A stretch of 59,763 nt of DNA from Pirellulales bacterium (GCA_044368305.1 JBIPLS010000001.1:1-59763), one strand, 5' to 3'. Counted from the first letter of the stretch, positions 35,715 through 45,809 are shown. Program-made: numbers and translations. Notes: generated from the sequence alone by a model not told the origin.

Positions 35715-36572
35715 ATGCCTGGGAGCCTGTGGCCGATGTGGCGAGACCGACGCGTGATCGTGACCGGCGGCACGGCCGGCTTCGGCTTCGTGCTCGCCCG
35801 GCACCTGGCGGCGGCGGGGGCGCGGGTGCTCGTCGTGGGTCGATCGAGCGAGGGCGTGCGGATGGCGCTGGCGGCGCTCGAGGCGGCGGGGCCGGGCGTT
35901 CGGGGCCTGGCGGCCGACCTTACCGGGGCGGGCGAGGGAGGCCGCGTGGTCGGTGAATGCCTGCGGATCCTCGGCGGCGTGGACGACGTGTTCTGCTGCG
36001 TCGGCCGCTCGGGCCGCGGCCGGATGCTGGAGACCTCGGAGGCCGAGCTGCGGTCGTACCTCGAAGCCAACCTCCTCGCCGCGGCCGAGATCACCCGGGC
36101 CGCGGCCGACGACGTCGCCGCCGCCCGGGGGCACGTCGTCTACGTCGGCAGCCTCGCGGGCAAGCTCGTCGTGCCGTTCATGGGTGCCTACAGCGTGGCC
36201 AAGGCGGCGTTGGCCGCCTACGCCGACGCCGTGCGTCTCGAGCTCGCCCCGCGCGGGGCCCACGTCCTCCTCGTCTCGCCCGGGCCGATCCGCCGCGCCG
36301 GCGACGACCCGGCCGCCGACCGGGCCGCGGATCGCTACGCGGCCGACGTCGCCCGCGGCGGCCTGCCAGCGGAGGCCGCCGTGCCCGGGGGCACCGCGGC
36401 CCTCGCCCGGCTCGACCCCGATGCGCTCGCCCGCCGCGTGCTCGACGCCTGCCGGCGGCGGCAGCCCGAGCTGGTCGTTCCCGGCTCGGCCCGTCTGCTC
36501 GCGGGCCTGATCGCATGGTTTCCCGGGCCCGGCCGCCGGCTGCTCGCCCGCCTGGTGGCCCGCCGCCGCTGA
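35715..36572 (+). CDS. Short-chain dehydrogenase/reductase (SDR)
   Basis: Rossmann motif VIVTGGTAGFGFVLA and the catalytic context YSVAKAAL. The start could instead be the downstream Met at 35736. Confidence 0.8.
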   Translation: MPGSLWPMWRDRRVIVTGGTAGFGFVLARHLAAAGARVLVVGRSSEGVRMALAALEAAGPGVRGLAADLTGAGEGGRVVGECLRILGGVDDVFCCVGRSGRGRMLETSEAELRSYLEANLLAAAEITRAAADDVAAARGHVVYVGSLAGKLVVPFMGAYSVAKAALAAYADAVRLELAPRGAHVLLVSPGPIRRAGDDPAADRAADRYAADVARGGLPAEAAVPGGTAALARLDPDALARRVLDACRRRQPELVVPGSARLLAGLIAWFPGPGRRLLARLVARRR

Positions 36573-36624
36573 CGCCGCTGACGCCGCTGGGCGGCGGCCC
36601 ACCCCCGACTATCGTTGTTTCGTC

Positions 36625-37047
36625 ATGACCGCTCCACACCCCGCCGCGCCCGCCTGGATGCGCTGGTGCCTCGTCGCCGCGGGCGTCTACAACCTCGCCT
36701 GGGGCGGCCTCACGGTGCTCGTGCCGTACTGGCTCTTCGACCTCACGGGCATGGCCCGGCCCAACTATCCGTTCATCTGGCAGTGCGTGGGGATGATCGT
36801 CGGCGTCTACGGCGTGGGCTACCTGGCGGCCTCCCGCGACCCGGCCCGGCACTGGCCGATCGTGCTCGTGGGCCTGCTCGGCAAGATCTTCGGGCCGCTG
36901 GGGTACCTCATGGGCCTGGTGCGGGGCGACGTGCCGGCGGAGTTCGGCGTGACGTTGCCCACCAACGACCTGGTGTGGTGGGTGCCCTTCGCCCTGATCC
37001 TCCTGCACGCGTGGCGGGCGGAAGCCGGGGCGAGGACCGGGCGATGA
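36625..37047 (+). CDS. Small four-TM membrane protein (hypothetical)
   Basis: Four hydrophobic segments rich in Trp, Tyr and Gly. The stop overlaps the next start (ATGA at 37044-37047). Confidence 0.55.
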   Translation: MTAPHPAAPAWMRWCLVAAGVYNLAWGGLTVLVPYWLFDLTGMARPNYPFIWQCVGMIVGVYGVGYLAASRDPARHWPIVLVGLLGKIFGPLGYLMGLVRGDVPAEFGVTLPTNDLVWWVPFALILLHAWRAEAGARTGR

Positions 37048-37478
37048 CGGCCGCGATCCTCGCCGCCCAGGCGATCGCCTCGGCCGTGATGGCCGGCATC
37101 GTGTGGTTCGTGCAACTCGTCCACTATCCGCTCTTCGCGCGGCTGCCGCCCACCGGTTCCGCGGCCTGGTGCGCCGAGCATCGACGGATCACGCCGCGGG
37201 TCGTGCTGCCGCCGATGCTGGTGGAAGCCGGCACCGCTCTCTGGCTGGCGGCCGCCCCGCCGCCCGCGGTCGGCCGGCCGGCGGCCCTCGTCGGCCTGGC
37301 CCTGGTGGCGGTGGCCTGGGCCTCGACCCTGTTCGTGCAGATGCCGCTCCACGCCCGGCTCGGCCGCGAAGGCGCCGCCGCCGCCACGGTGGCGGCCCTG
37401 GTGCGTTCCAACTGGCTGCGGACGGCCGTCTGGACGGCCCGCGCGGCCTTGGCCGCGTGGATGCTCCGCGTCGGCTGA
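37044..37478 (+). CDS. DUF1772-like membrane protein
   Basis: IVWFVQLVHYPLFARL ... TLFVQMPLHARL resembles the DUF1772/anthrone-oxygenase-like family. It is translationally coupled to the preceding gene. Confidence 0.55.
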   Translation: MTAAILAAQAIASAVMAGIVWFVQLVHYPLFARLPPTGSAAWCAEHRRITPRVVLPPMLVEAGTALWLAAAPPPAVGRPAALVGLALVAVAWASTLFVQMPLHARLGREGAAAATVAALVRSNWLRTAVWTARAALAAWMLRVG

Positions 37479-37557
37479 GCCGCCGGCGACACACCCGCCC
37501 AGGCCGCTGTATCCTGTCCGGAAGTGTCATGCTTCAGTGGCCTGAAGGGAGTCGACG

Positions 37558-38880
37558 ATGGCAGAAAGAGACGGGGCGTTCGCGGGGATCGGCCGGATCC
37601 CGTTCGAGGGTCCGGCGACGAAGAACATGCTGGCTTTTCGCCACTACGACGCCGCCGCGCTCGTGGAGGGCAAGCCCATGAAGGACCACCTCCGCTTCGC
37701 CGTCTCCTACTGGCATGCCTTCCGCGGCACCGGCGCCGACCCCTTCGGCCCCGGCACCATGCTCCGCCCGTGGGAGAACGAGGCCGACCCGCTGAAGATG
37801 GCGGTCAAGCGGGTGGACGTGGCCTTCGAGTTCCTGGAGAAGCTCGGCGTCGGCTTCTACTGCTTCCACGACCGCGACGTCGCGCCCGAGGGGGCCACGC
37901 TCGCCGAGACCAATCGCAATCTCGACGTCGTCGTCGCCGCGCTGGAGCGGCACCAGCAGCGGACCGGCATCAAACTCCTCTGGGGCACGGCGAACCTGTT
38001 CTCCAACCCCCGCTACGTGCACGGCGCCGCGACCAGCCCGAACGTCGAGTCGTTCGCCTACGCCGCCGCGCAGGTGAAGAAGGCGATCGAGGTCACCCAC
38101 CGTCTCGGCGGCGCGGGCTACACCTTCTGGGGCGGCCGCGAGGGCTACCAGTGCCTGTGGAACACCGACATGAAGCGGGAGACGGACCACCTCGCGAAGT
38201 TCATGCACATGGCGGTCGACTTCGCGAAGGAGATCGGGTTCACGGGCCAGTTCTACTTCGAGCCCAAGCCTCGCGAGCCGATGAAGCACCAATACGACTT
38301 CGACGCGGCGACATGCATCAATTTCCTGCGTGCCTACGGCCTGGAGAAGCACGTGAAGATGAATCTCGAGACCAACCACGCCACGCTCGCCGGCCACGAG
38401 ATGCAGCACGAGCTGGAGTATGCCGGCATGCAGGGCTTCCTCGGCTCGGTCGATGCCAATACCGGCGACACGCTGGTCGGCTGGGACACGGATCAGTTTC
38501 CCACCAACGTCTACCTGACGACGCAAATGATGTACACGATCCTCAAGTACGGCGGCCTCGCCCCGGGCGGGATCAACTTCGACGCCAAGGTGCGACGCGA
38601 GAGCTTCGAGCCGGTGGATCTCTTTCATGCCCACATCGGCGGCATGGACGCCTTCGCCCGCGGGTTGAAGATCGCGGCGGCCATGCGGGCCGACGGGGCG
38701 ATCGAGAGGCTCGTCGCCGACCGCTACGCCTCCTGGTCGGGCCCGCTGGGCAAGCGGATCGAGGCCGGCAGCGAGTCGTTCCGGTCGCTGGAGGCGGAGA
38801 TGCTCGCGAAGGGCGAGGCGGCCGCCTGCGCGAGCGGGCGTCAGGAGCTGTTCGAGAACGTCGTCAATTCGTATCTGTGA
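37558..38880 (+). CDS. xylA: Xylose isomerase
   Basis: [39 protein letters not shown] and [12 protein letters not shown] motifs; 440 aa. Confidence 0.95.
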   Translation: MAERDGAFAGIGRIPFEGPATKNMLAFRHYDAAALVEGKPMKDHLRFAVSYWHAFRGTGADPFGPGTMLRPWENEADPLKMAVKRVDVAFEFLEKLGVGFYCFHDRDVAPEGATLAETNRNLDVVVAALERHQQRTGIKLLWGTANLFSNPRYVHGAATSPNVESFAYAAAQVKKAIEVTHRLGGAGYTFWGGREGYQCLWNTDMKRETDHLAKFMHMAVDFAKEIGFTGQFYFEPKPREPMKHQYDFDAATCINFLRAYGLEKHVKMNLETNHATLAGHEMQHELEYAGMQGFLGSVDANTGDTLVGWDTDQFPTNVYLTTQMMYTILKYGGLAPGGINFDAKVRRESFEPVDLFHAHIGGMDAFARGLKIAAAMRADGAIERLVADRYASWSGPLGKRIEAGSESFRSLEAEMLAKGEAAACASGRQELFENVVNSYL

Positions 38881-38923
38881 GCACCGCGCGCGGGCCGGCA
38901 CCGGCCCCGTGGGGAGGACGGTC

Positions 38924-40438
38924 ATGTGTTCGCTCGCCGCAGGATCCGACATCCACCTGCCGGCCGCGGGCCGCCGCCGATCACCGTGCCGGAGGGCCGC
39001 GGGCCTGGCGGGCTGCCTGGCCGGGCTGGCGGTAACGCTGGTGCTGACGCCATCGCCGGCCGAAGACGAGCCCGGGCGGAGCCTGAGGACGGCGGCCTGG
39101 AAGCTGGAGGCGATCGAGCTGCGGGACGGGCGGCGGCTGGAGGGCCTGATCACCGCGCCGCCGCCGGGCGCCGAGGCCGACGCCGACGTGACCTTCGTGC
39201 AGGTCGTGCGGCGGCCCGGCCGGCCGACCTTCATGGTCACCTGGGGCCCGCTCGCGGGCGAGCGGGTGGCCGCTTTCGACCGCCTGCCGCCGGCCGAGCA
39301 CGAACGGCTCGCCGACAAAATCCGCGGCCTGCGCGAAGACCGCGCTCGGCGACGCGACATGGAGCAGGCGATCGCGCTCGAGCGGGCCGGCGACGAAGCG
39401 CCCTGGCGGCACGTCGCCGACGAGTTCGTGCTGGAGAGCACGGCCGATCAGGGGATCACCCGCGAGGCGGCGCTGCGGCTCACGCAGCTCTTCGACGCGC
39501 TGGCGAACCTCGTGCCGCCGGCGGTGCCCGCCGGTCAGCCGACCCGGGTCAGGCTGTGTAGCACCCACGCGGAATACCTCGCGGAGCAGCAAGCGCTGGG
39601 CATCCGGGTCGCGAATCCGGCGTTCTTCGTCCCCGACCGCCGCCTGATCGTGGCCGGCAGCGATATGCCGGTTCTCGTCGCCCAGTGGCGGGCCGCCGCC
39701 GCGGCCAACGCCGACGTCGCCCGCCGGCTCGGCGAGCTCGACCGCGAGCTCGGTTCCCGGCTCAAGCAGTTGGCCGCCGACCTGGAGCGCCAGGGCACGC
39801 CACCGAACGCGCGGGCGGAGGTGGTGAAGAACGCCCGCACCCGCTGGCAGCGGGAGCGGGCCGCCGAACAGGCACGCATCGAGGCCGCCGACCGGAAGAA
39901 CGAGAACCGCGTCGCCGCGGCCCGACGCGACTTCTACGGACGCCTGGCCCACGAGGCCTGGCACGCCTACGCGGCGAGCCGGCTGCGGCCGGCCGCAGGC
40001 CAGGGCCTGCCGCCATGGCTCGACGAGGGCCTGGCCCAGGTGCTCGAGTCGGCCCCCCTGGAGGCCGGCGAACTGCGGCTCGACGCGGCCGATCCCGCCC
40101 GCCTGGCGGCGCTGCAGGCGTTGCTCCGCGAGGGCCGGGCGCCGCCGCTGGCGGCCGTGCTCCGCGCGGGCGGCGACCAGTTCATCGCGGGCCACGCGGC
40201 GGCCGCCGAGGTATCCGGCCACGCCTATCTCGTCGCCTGGGGCCTGGCCTTCGACCTGGCCGTCACGCAGCCGCTGCTGGCGCCGGCGGCGGTCGTCGCC
40301 CTTGGCCGCGGCGGCGACGAAGACCAGGTGGCGCGGTTCGAGCGGCTCGTGGCGGCCCCGCTGGAGACATTCGAGCCGCAGTGGCGGCGGCGGATGGCGG
40401 CGCTACGGCCGGCCGCGGCGGTCAGCCCGGCCCCGTGA
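38924..40438 (+). CDS. Secreted DUF1570-like protein with an HExxH site (putative zinc metallopeptidase fold)
   Basis: GGAGG lies 6 nt before the ATG at 38924. LAHEAWHAY ... WLDEGLAQV gives an HExxH plus a downstream Glu. There is a central coiled-coil-like insert. The 3' end overlaps the convergent glnD by 17 nt. Confidence 0.6.
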   Translation: MCSLAAGSDIHLPAAGRRRSPCRRAAGLAGCLAGLAVTLVLTPSPAEDEPGRSLRTAAWKLEAIELRDGRRLEGLITAPPPGAEADADVTFVQVVRRPGRPTFMVTWGPLAGERVAAFDRLPPAEHERLADKIRGLREDRARRRDMEQAIALERAGDEAPWRHVADEFVLESTADQGITREAALRLTQLFDALANLVPPAVPAGQPTRVRLCSTHAEYLAEQQALGIRVANPAFFVPDRRLIVAGSDMPVLVAQWRAAAAANADVARRLGELDRELGSRLKQLAADLERQGTPPNARAEVVKNARTRWQRERAAEQARIEAADRKNENRVAAARRDFYGRLAHEAWHAYAASRLRPAAGQGLPPWLDEGLAQVLESAPLEAGELRLDAADPARLAALQALLREGRAPPLAAVLRAGGDQFIAGHAAAAEVSGHAYLVAWGLAFDLAVTQPLLAPAAVVALGRGGDEDQVARFERLVAAPLETFEPQWRRRMAALRPAAAVSPAP

Positions 40439-43043
40439 CCGGCGCGACGACCGCCTCGATCGCCCGGCGCAGGGACGCCATGCGGTCCGGGTCGATGAGC
40501 TTGCCGCCGTCGCGATCGACCAGGTGGAAGGCATCCACGACCTGGTCGAGGTGCGTGCCGATCTTGGCCGACTTGACAGACAGCCCGGCGTCGAACACCG
40601 CCTTGGCGACACCGTAGAGCAGCCCCGGGGCGTCGTGGGCGAAGACCTCCAGGATGGTGTCGGTTCGCGAGCTCTCGTTGTCGAAGAGCACCCGCGTGGG
40701 AAACCGGGGCGTCGCCGCGACCTGCGGCGCGAACGGGTTCCACCGGCGGGTGAACACCGGCGGCCCGCCCGCCCGCAACGCCAGGCGGATGGCCGCCGCG
40801 ACTTCGGCCAGCCGCTCGGCCGGCGGCTCCCCGGTGAAGTCGGGATCGTGGACCGTGAAGTGGTCGATCACCAGACCGTCGTCGAGCGTATGGATGTCGG
40901 CGGCGAGGATCTCGAGCCGCTGGCTGGCGAGGCCGCCGACCACGCGGTGGAAGATGCCGGCCGCCAGGCTCTCACGGGTGCCGACGCTCACCGCCACGGT
41001 CGCGGTCTCCGGCTGCCAACGGGCCTCGACGAAGACGCCCGCGACGGGCAGGCGGGCGAGCCGGCCGAGTTCCTCGACGATCCGCGCCGGGGGCGTGTCG
41101 CGCAGGTACGACGGCGGCAGCAGTCGGGCGATCCCCCGCACCGGGTCGGTCGCGGGCCGGTCGGCGAGCAGCAGGTCGAGCGTCCGGCGGGCTCGGTCGG
41201 CGGCGGCCGACGCGCTCGCCCCGTCGAGGTGTCCGAGCGTGCGGAAATGCAGGTCGGCGAGCAGGTCGGCCTTCCACTTCGTCCACGTGCCGGGCCCCAC
41301 GGCGGCGACGTCGGCCGCGGTCAGCAGGGCGAGCATCCGCAGGACCTCCGGCGCGCCCACCTCGCAGGCGAAGCCGACGACGATGCCGTCGTCGCCCGCG
41401 TCGCGGCGGAACGCGAGATGCGCCATCGCGAGATGCTTGGCCACCAGGAACTCGACCAGCGCGGCCTCTTCGGCCGGCAGCCCGAGGCGGTCCGCGGCCG
41501 CGCGGGCCATGCGGGCGCCGAGGGTGCTGTGATCCTCCTCGCACCCCTTGCCGAGGTCGTGCATGAGCACCGCCAGCAGCAGCGGCCGCTTGCGGTTGAG
41601 TTCCCGCCACGTGGCCCCCAGCCAGCCCTCGTCGCCGGCGAAGCCGCAGGCCATCTCGACGGCCAGCAGGCAGTGCTCGTCCACCGTGTACTTGTGATAC
41701 GTGTTGAACTGCAGCAGGTCGCGGGCGTGGGCGAAGCCGGGCACGAGGATCTCGAGCACGCCCAGCTCGTGGAGCCGTCGCAGGGCCGTGCCGAGGCCCT
41801 CGGTACGGGCGAAGAGCCCGAGGAAGGCGTCGGTCGTGGCCCGGTCGGGATCGCGGGGCAGCGCCGGAGCGGCGGCCCGCACGGCCTCCCAGGTCGCCGG
41901 CTCGATCGGCAGTCCGTGGAGCATCGCCAGTTCCACGAGGCGGACGACCGCCGCGGTGCTCGCGGCCACCCGCGCGGCGGCGGCCGGCAGCACGGCCACG
42001 TCGCCGGGGCCGACGCGGAACATGCCGTCCACGCGGTGGCCCAGCGTGCCGGCGGCCCAGGCCCGCACCGGATGCGGCCGCCGGCGGGCCAGCCGCAGCG
42101 ACTCGACCGCGGCGGCGATCCGCCGGGTGTGGCCGAAATATTCCCGCATGAACCGTTCGACGCCGAGCAGCCCGGGCATCGGCTCGATGCCGCGGGCCTG
42201 GGCGATCCGCAGCTGCTGGTCGCGGGTCAGCTCGTCGGCCGCCCGCCCGGCGGCGAGGTGCAGGTCGTTCCGCACCCGGAGGAGGAACTCGGCGGCCGCC
42301 CGCACGGCTGTCACGGCGTCGCCCGCCAGGGGGATCGCGTCGAGCGACTCGGCCCCGTGAAGGATGCGGCCCAGCCAGCCGACGACCTGGAAGTCGCGGA
42401 GAGCGCCGGGCGACCGCTTGACGTTCGGCTCCAGGAGGAACATGGTGTGGCCGAACCGCTCCGCCTCAGCGCGGCGGGCGGCGAGCAGCATCTCGGCGAG
42501 CCGCCGCGGCGACCGGCGGATCAACCGCGTCAATCGACCCGCCAGCCGCTGCCGCAGCTCGTCGGGCCCGGCCAGCGTGCGGCAGTCGAGGAGCGTGGTG
42601 AGGATCGTGGCATCGGCCGCGGCGCGGCGGCAGGCCTCGGACACCCCGCGGATGCTCTGCCCCACCTGCAGGCCGGCGTCGAAGAGATCCTGCACCAGCC
42701 GTCGGGTGACGTCCGCCGCGCCGGCGGCGTCGCCGTCCGCATGGAGGACCATCAGGTCGACGTCGGAGAAGGGGGCCATCTGGCGACGGCCGTAGCCCCC
42801 GTGCGCCACCAGCGCGACCCGCCGCCGCAGCGCGGCACCGTCGGCTCGCTCGGCGAGCACCGCCTCCCACAGCCCGAGCACGAGCGCGTCGCAGAGGTCG
42901 GTGGCCAGGCCACAGGCCTGGAATCCGGAGGCCCCAGCGGCGTGCTCGACGGCGATCCGGGCCCGCAAGTCGGCCAGCAGCGCCGCCGCCCGCGTGACCG
43001 CCGGCCGGAAGCCCGCCGCCGCGGCCGCCAGGGGAGCTTTCAT
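40422..43043 (-). CDS. glnD: [Protein-PII] uridylyltransferase / uridylyl-removing enzyme
   Basis: N-terminal nucleotidyltransferase (GGYGRRQMAPFSDVDL), HD domain (LLAVLMHDLGKG), and two C-terminal ACT-like segments; 873 aa. Confidence 0.88.
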   Translation of the reverse strand: MKAPLAAAAAGFRPAVTRAAALLADLRARIAVEHAAGASGFQACGLATDLCDALVLGLWEAVLAERADGAALRRRVALVAHGGYGRRQMAPFSDVDLMVLHADGDAAGAADVTRRLVQDLFDAGLQVGQSIRGVSEACRRAAADATILTTLLDCRTLAGPDELRQRLAGRLTRLIRRSPRRLAEMLLAARRAEAERFGHTMFLLEPNVKRSPGALRDFQVVGWLGRILHGAESLDAIPLAGDAVTAVRAAAEFLLRVRNDLHLAAGRAADELTRDQQLRIAQARGIEPMPGLLGVERFMREYFGHTRRIAAAVESLRLARRRPHPVRAWAAGTLGHRVDGMFRVGPGDVAVLPAAAARVAASTAAVVRLVELAMLHGLPIEPATWEAVRAAAPALPRDPDRATTDAFLGLFARTEGLGTALRRLHELGVLEILVPGFAHARDLLQFNTYHKYTVDEHCLLAVEMACGFAGDEGWLGATWRELNRKRPLLLAVLMHDLGKGCEEDHSTLGARMARAAADRLGLPAEEAALVEFLVAKHLAMAHLAFRRDAGDDGIVVGFACEVGAPEVLRMLALLTAADVAAVGPGTWTKWKADLLADLHFRTLGHLDGASASAAADRARRTLDLLLADRPATDPVRGIARLLPPSYLRDTPPARIVEELGRLARLPVAGVFVEARWQPETATVAVSVGTRESLAAGIFHRVVGGLASQRLEILAADIHTLDDGLVIDHFTVHDPDFTGEPPAERLAEVAAAIRLALRAGGPPVFTRRWNPFAPQVAATPRFPTRVLFDNESSRTDTILEVFAHDAPGLLYGVAKAVFDAGLSVKSAKIGTHLDQVVDAFHLVDRDGGKLIDPDRMASLRRAIEAVVAPVTGPG

Positions 43044-43056
43044 ACGGGATCGTCGA

Positions 43057-43596
43057 TCACTGCGGGTGCCAGGGGTCGTCGATCACGCCCGCCCGCCGGT
43101 TGGCCACCCGGGCGAGGACGAAGAGCAGGTCGCCGAGGCGGTTGAGATACTCGATCGCATTGGCGGGGATCGTGGCGCCGGGCTGGCCGGCGAGGGTCAC
43201 CACCCGCCGCTCCGCCCGCCGGCAGACCGTCCGCGCCACGTGGATCGCCGCGGCCAGCGGCGTGCCCGCCGGGAGGATGAAGTTCTTCAGCGGCTCGAGT
43301 TCCTCCTCGTGCCGATCGATCTCGGCCTCGAGCGCGGCGACGTGCGCGGCGGTGATCCGCTCGTCGGCCGGGCCCGGTGTGGCGAGCTGGGCGCCGAGGT
43401 CGAAGAGCTCGCTCTGGATGCGGCGGAGCAGGGGATCGAACGTGGCCGCCGGGGCGTGGGTGCGGACGATGCCCAGCTCGCTGTTGAGCTCGTCCACCGT
43501 GCCGAAGGCTTCGATGCGGGCGTGGTCCTTGCGGACCCGCGGCCCGCCGAAGAGCCCCGTCTCGCCCGCGTCGCCGGTCTTCGTGTAGATCTTCAT
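43057..43596 (-). CDS. ATP:cob(I)alamin adenosyltransferase, PduO type
   Basis: MKIYTKTGDAGETGLFGG.RV.KD..RIEAFGTVDELN and NFILPAGT. AGGAGG lies 9 nt before the ATG at 43596. 179 aa. Confidence 0.9.
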   Translation of the reverse strand: MKIYTKTGDAGETGLFGGPRVRKDHARIEAFGTVDELNSELGIVRTHAPAATFDPLLRRIQSELFDLGAQLATPGPADERITAAHVAALEAEIDRHEEELEPLKNFILPAGTPLAAAIHVARTVCRRAERRVVTLAGQPGATIPANAIEYLNRLGDLLFVLARVANRRAGVIDDPWHPQ

Positions 43597-43644
43597 CGCG
43601 GTCTGCCTCCTGCGGAGCGGAATCCGCGGCGTATACTGCGGGGC

Positions 43645-44754
43645 ATGGCCGAATCCTGCAACTTCCGTTTCCGGGCGACGCTCGTCGCCGCCCTGGCGAT
43701 CGTGGCGACCCCCGGCCGCGCCGAGTCGAACGAGGCCCGGTTCCTGTCGCCGCCGGCGCAGGTCACCGCGGGCATGCCGAAGGCCGGCGAGGGCTATTTT
43801 TCGCCCGACGGCCGGTCCATCTGCTACCAGGCCGTGCCCGACGGCTATCCGTTCTATCAGATCTTCGTGCAGACCTTCGACGCCGCGACGCCGCGGCCGA
43901 CGCCGCCCCGCCGCGTGAGCACCGGCCGCGGACGCACGACCTGCGCCTGGTTCGCCCCCGACGGGCGGCGGCTGCTCTTCGCGTCGAGCCACCTCGACCC
44001 GCGGCTCGACGCCACGGAGACGGCCGCCCGCGAGCAAGCGGCGGAGGACGCGCGGACCGGCCGCCGGCGGCGCTACCAGTGGGACTTCGACCCACAGATG
44101 GACCTGTTCACCGCCAACCTCGACGGCACCGATCTCGTGCGGCTCACGCACGAGCCCGGCTACGACGCGGAGTGCTCGTTTTCCCCCGACGGCACGCGGA
44201 TCCTGTTCGTCAGCGACCGCGACGGAGATCCCGACATCTACGTGATGAACGCGGACGGCAGCGACGTACGGCAGCTCACCGACGCGGCCGGCTACGACGG
44301 CGGCCCGTTCTTCTCCCCCGACGGCCGCTGGATCTGCTACCGCACCGACCGGGCGGAGAAGGATCTGCTGCAGATCCACGTGATGCGGGCCGACGGCTCC
44401 GGCGACGTGGCGGTCACCGCCGGTCGCAGCGTGAACTGGGCCCCCTTCTGGCATCCCACGCGGCCCTGGCTCGTGTGGACCGGGGCCGACCACTCCGACC
44501 CGGACCGCCGGCCCAACTACGACCTGTGGATCGCCCGCTTCGACGCCGCGGGCGACCGCTTCCGCGCCGGGCCGCCGCTGCGGCTCACCGACCACGAGGG
44601 GGCCGACGTCCTGCCCGCCTTCTCGCCCGACGGCGCGGTCCTGCTGTGGACCGCCAGCCGCGCGGGCCCCGGGGCCGCGAGCCAACTGTGGGCGAGCCGG
44701 CTCGACCTGGAGAAACTCGACGCCGCGCTCCCCGCCCCGCCCGCCGCCCAGTGA
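43645..44754 (+). CDS. Secreted TolB-like beta-propeller protein (PD40/WD40-like repeats)
   Basis: Signal peptide, then repeated FSPDG motifs (YFSPDGRSI, WFAPDGRRL, SFSPDGTRI, FFSPDGRWI, AFSPDGAVL). Confidence 0.8.
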   Translation: MAESCNFRFRATLVAALAIVATPGRAESNEARFLSPPAQVTAGMPKAGEGYFSPDGRSICYQAVPDGYPFYQIFVQTFDAATPRPTPPRRVSTGRGRTTCAWFAPDGRRLLFASSHLDPRLDATETAAREQAAEDARTGRRRRYQWDFDPQMDLFTANLDGTDLVRLTHEPGYDAECSFSPDGTRILFVSDRDGDPDIYVMNADGSDVRQLTDAAGYDGGPFFSPDGRWICYRTDRAEKDLLQIHVMRADGSGDVAVTAGRSVNWAPFWHPTRPWLVWTGADHSDPDRRPNYDLWIARFDAAGDRFRAGPPLRLTDHEGADVLPAFSPDGAVLLWTASRAGPGAASQLWASRLDLEKLDAALPAPPAAQ

Positions 44755-44765
44755 GGAACCAGCCC

Positions 44766-45602
44766 ATGCAGACCGTCGGACCCGCGTCCGGACCGCTGGC
44801 GTTGATCGGCGGCGGCCAGATGGCTCTGGCCCTCGCCGAGGGCTTCTGCCGCGCCGGGCTCGTGCGGCCCGCCGACATCATCGTCCACGATCCCCATGCG
44901 GCGGCCCGCGAGCGGCTCGCCGCGCGGGTGCCCGGCGTCCGCTTCGCCGCCTCCGGGGCCGAGGCCGCCAAGGCCGCGCGAACGGTGTTCCTGGCCGTCA
45001 AGCCGCAGCAGGCGGCCGCGGCCTGCCGCGAGTTCGCCGGCGGGCTCGCGGCCGACGCCGTGCTGGTCTCGATCGTCGCCGGTCTGGCGACCGCCACGCT
45101 GGCCGATCTCGCCGGCACGCGGCTGGTCGTCCGCGTCATGCCCAACACGCCCTGTCTGGTGGGCCGCGGCGTGTCGGTCGTCTGCCGCACGCCCGAGGTG
45201 CCGGCCGCCGCCCTCGACCAGGTGCTGGCGCTGCTCGGCGCCGTGGGCCACGTCCACGAGGCCGACGAGTCGCTCCTCGACGCCGTCACCGGTCTCTCCG
45301 GCTCCGGCCCGGGATTCCTGGCGCTGATGGTCGAGGCCCTGGCCGACGGCGGCGTCAAGGCGGGCCTGCCCCGGCCGCTCGCCCAGGCGCTCGCCGTGCA
45401 GACGCTCTCCGGCACAGGCGCCCTGCTCGAGCAGACGGGCGAGCACCCCGCCCAGGTGAAGGACCGCGTTTCGAGCCCGGGCGGCACCACGATCGCCGGG
45501 CTCGCGGTGCTGGAGCAACGCGGCGTGCGCGGCGCGGTCATCGACGCAGTGGTGGCGGCCGCCGCCCGTTCCCGAGAGCTCGGCCAGCCGCCGACACGGT
45601 GA
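44766..45602 (+). CDS. proC: Pyrroline-5-carboxylate reductase
   Basis: LALIGGGQMALALAEG, VRVMPNTP, TGLSGSGPGF and VSSPGGTT motifs. Confidence 0.93.
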   Translation: MQTVGPASGPLALIGGGQMALALAEGFCRAGLVRPADIIVHDPHAAARERLAARVPGVRFAASGAEAAKAARTVFLAVKPQQAAAACREFAGGLAADAVLVSIVAGLATATLADLAGTRLVVRVMPNTPCLVGRGVSVVCRTPEVPAAALDQVLALLGAVGHVHEADESLLDAVTGLSGSGPGFLALMVEALADGGVKAGLPRPLAQALAVQTLSGTGALLEQTGEHPAQVKDRVSSPGGTTIAGLAVLEQRGVRGAVIDAVVAAAARSRELGQPPTR

Positions 45603-45608
45603 CGGGGC

Positions 45609-45809
45609 CTACTTGCGGCGCCGGCCCTTGGCCTTGCGGACGGCAGCCGGCTTCTTGGCGGCGACCTTCGGCCGCTTCTTGCCGGACTTCGCCGCCTTCT
45701 TCTTCGCGGCCTTGGGGCCGGTGGCCGGGCGGGCCTTCCGGGAGCCGCCGAAGATGGCGTCCCATCCGACCGCGTAGGTGCTGCTGCTGCCGACGCGCAC
45801 AACCGACAT
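45609..45809 (-). CDS. Small basic protein with a Lys/Ala/Pro-rich histone-H1-like tail
   Basis: AGGAG lies 8 nt before the ATG at 45809. MSVVRVGSSSTYAVGWDAIFGG is followed by KAAKKKAAKSGKKRPKVAAKKPAAVRKAKGRRRK. 66 aa. Confidence 0.6.
   Translation of the reverse strand: MSVVRVGSSSTYAVGWDAIFGGSRKARPATGPKAAKKKAAKSGKKRPKVAAKKPAAVRKAKGRRRK

Noticed and set aside
35705-35717. A TACACT box 4 nt before the SDR ATG, considered as a second leaderless-mRNA case
   Set aside because: The spacing is too short for the ATG at 35715 to be the transcription start. The start codon choice (35715 or 35736) is itself uncertain.
40302-43145. 947-aa plus-strand ORF
   Set aside because: It is antisense to glnD, which has NTase, HD and ACT motifs, and its composition is Arg/Gly/Pro-rich.
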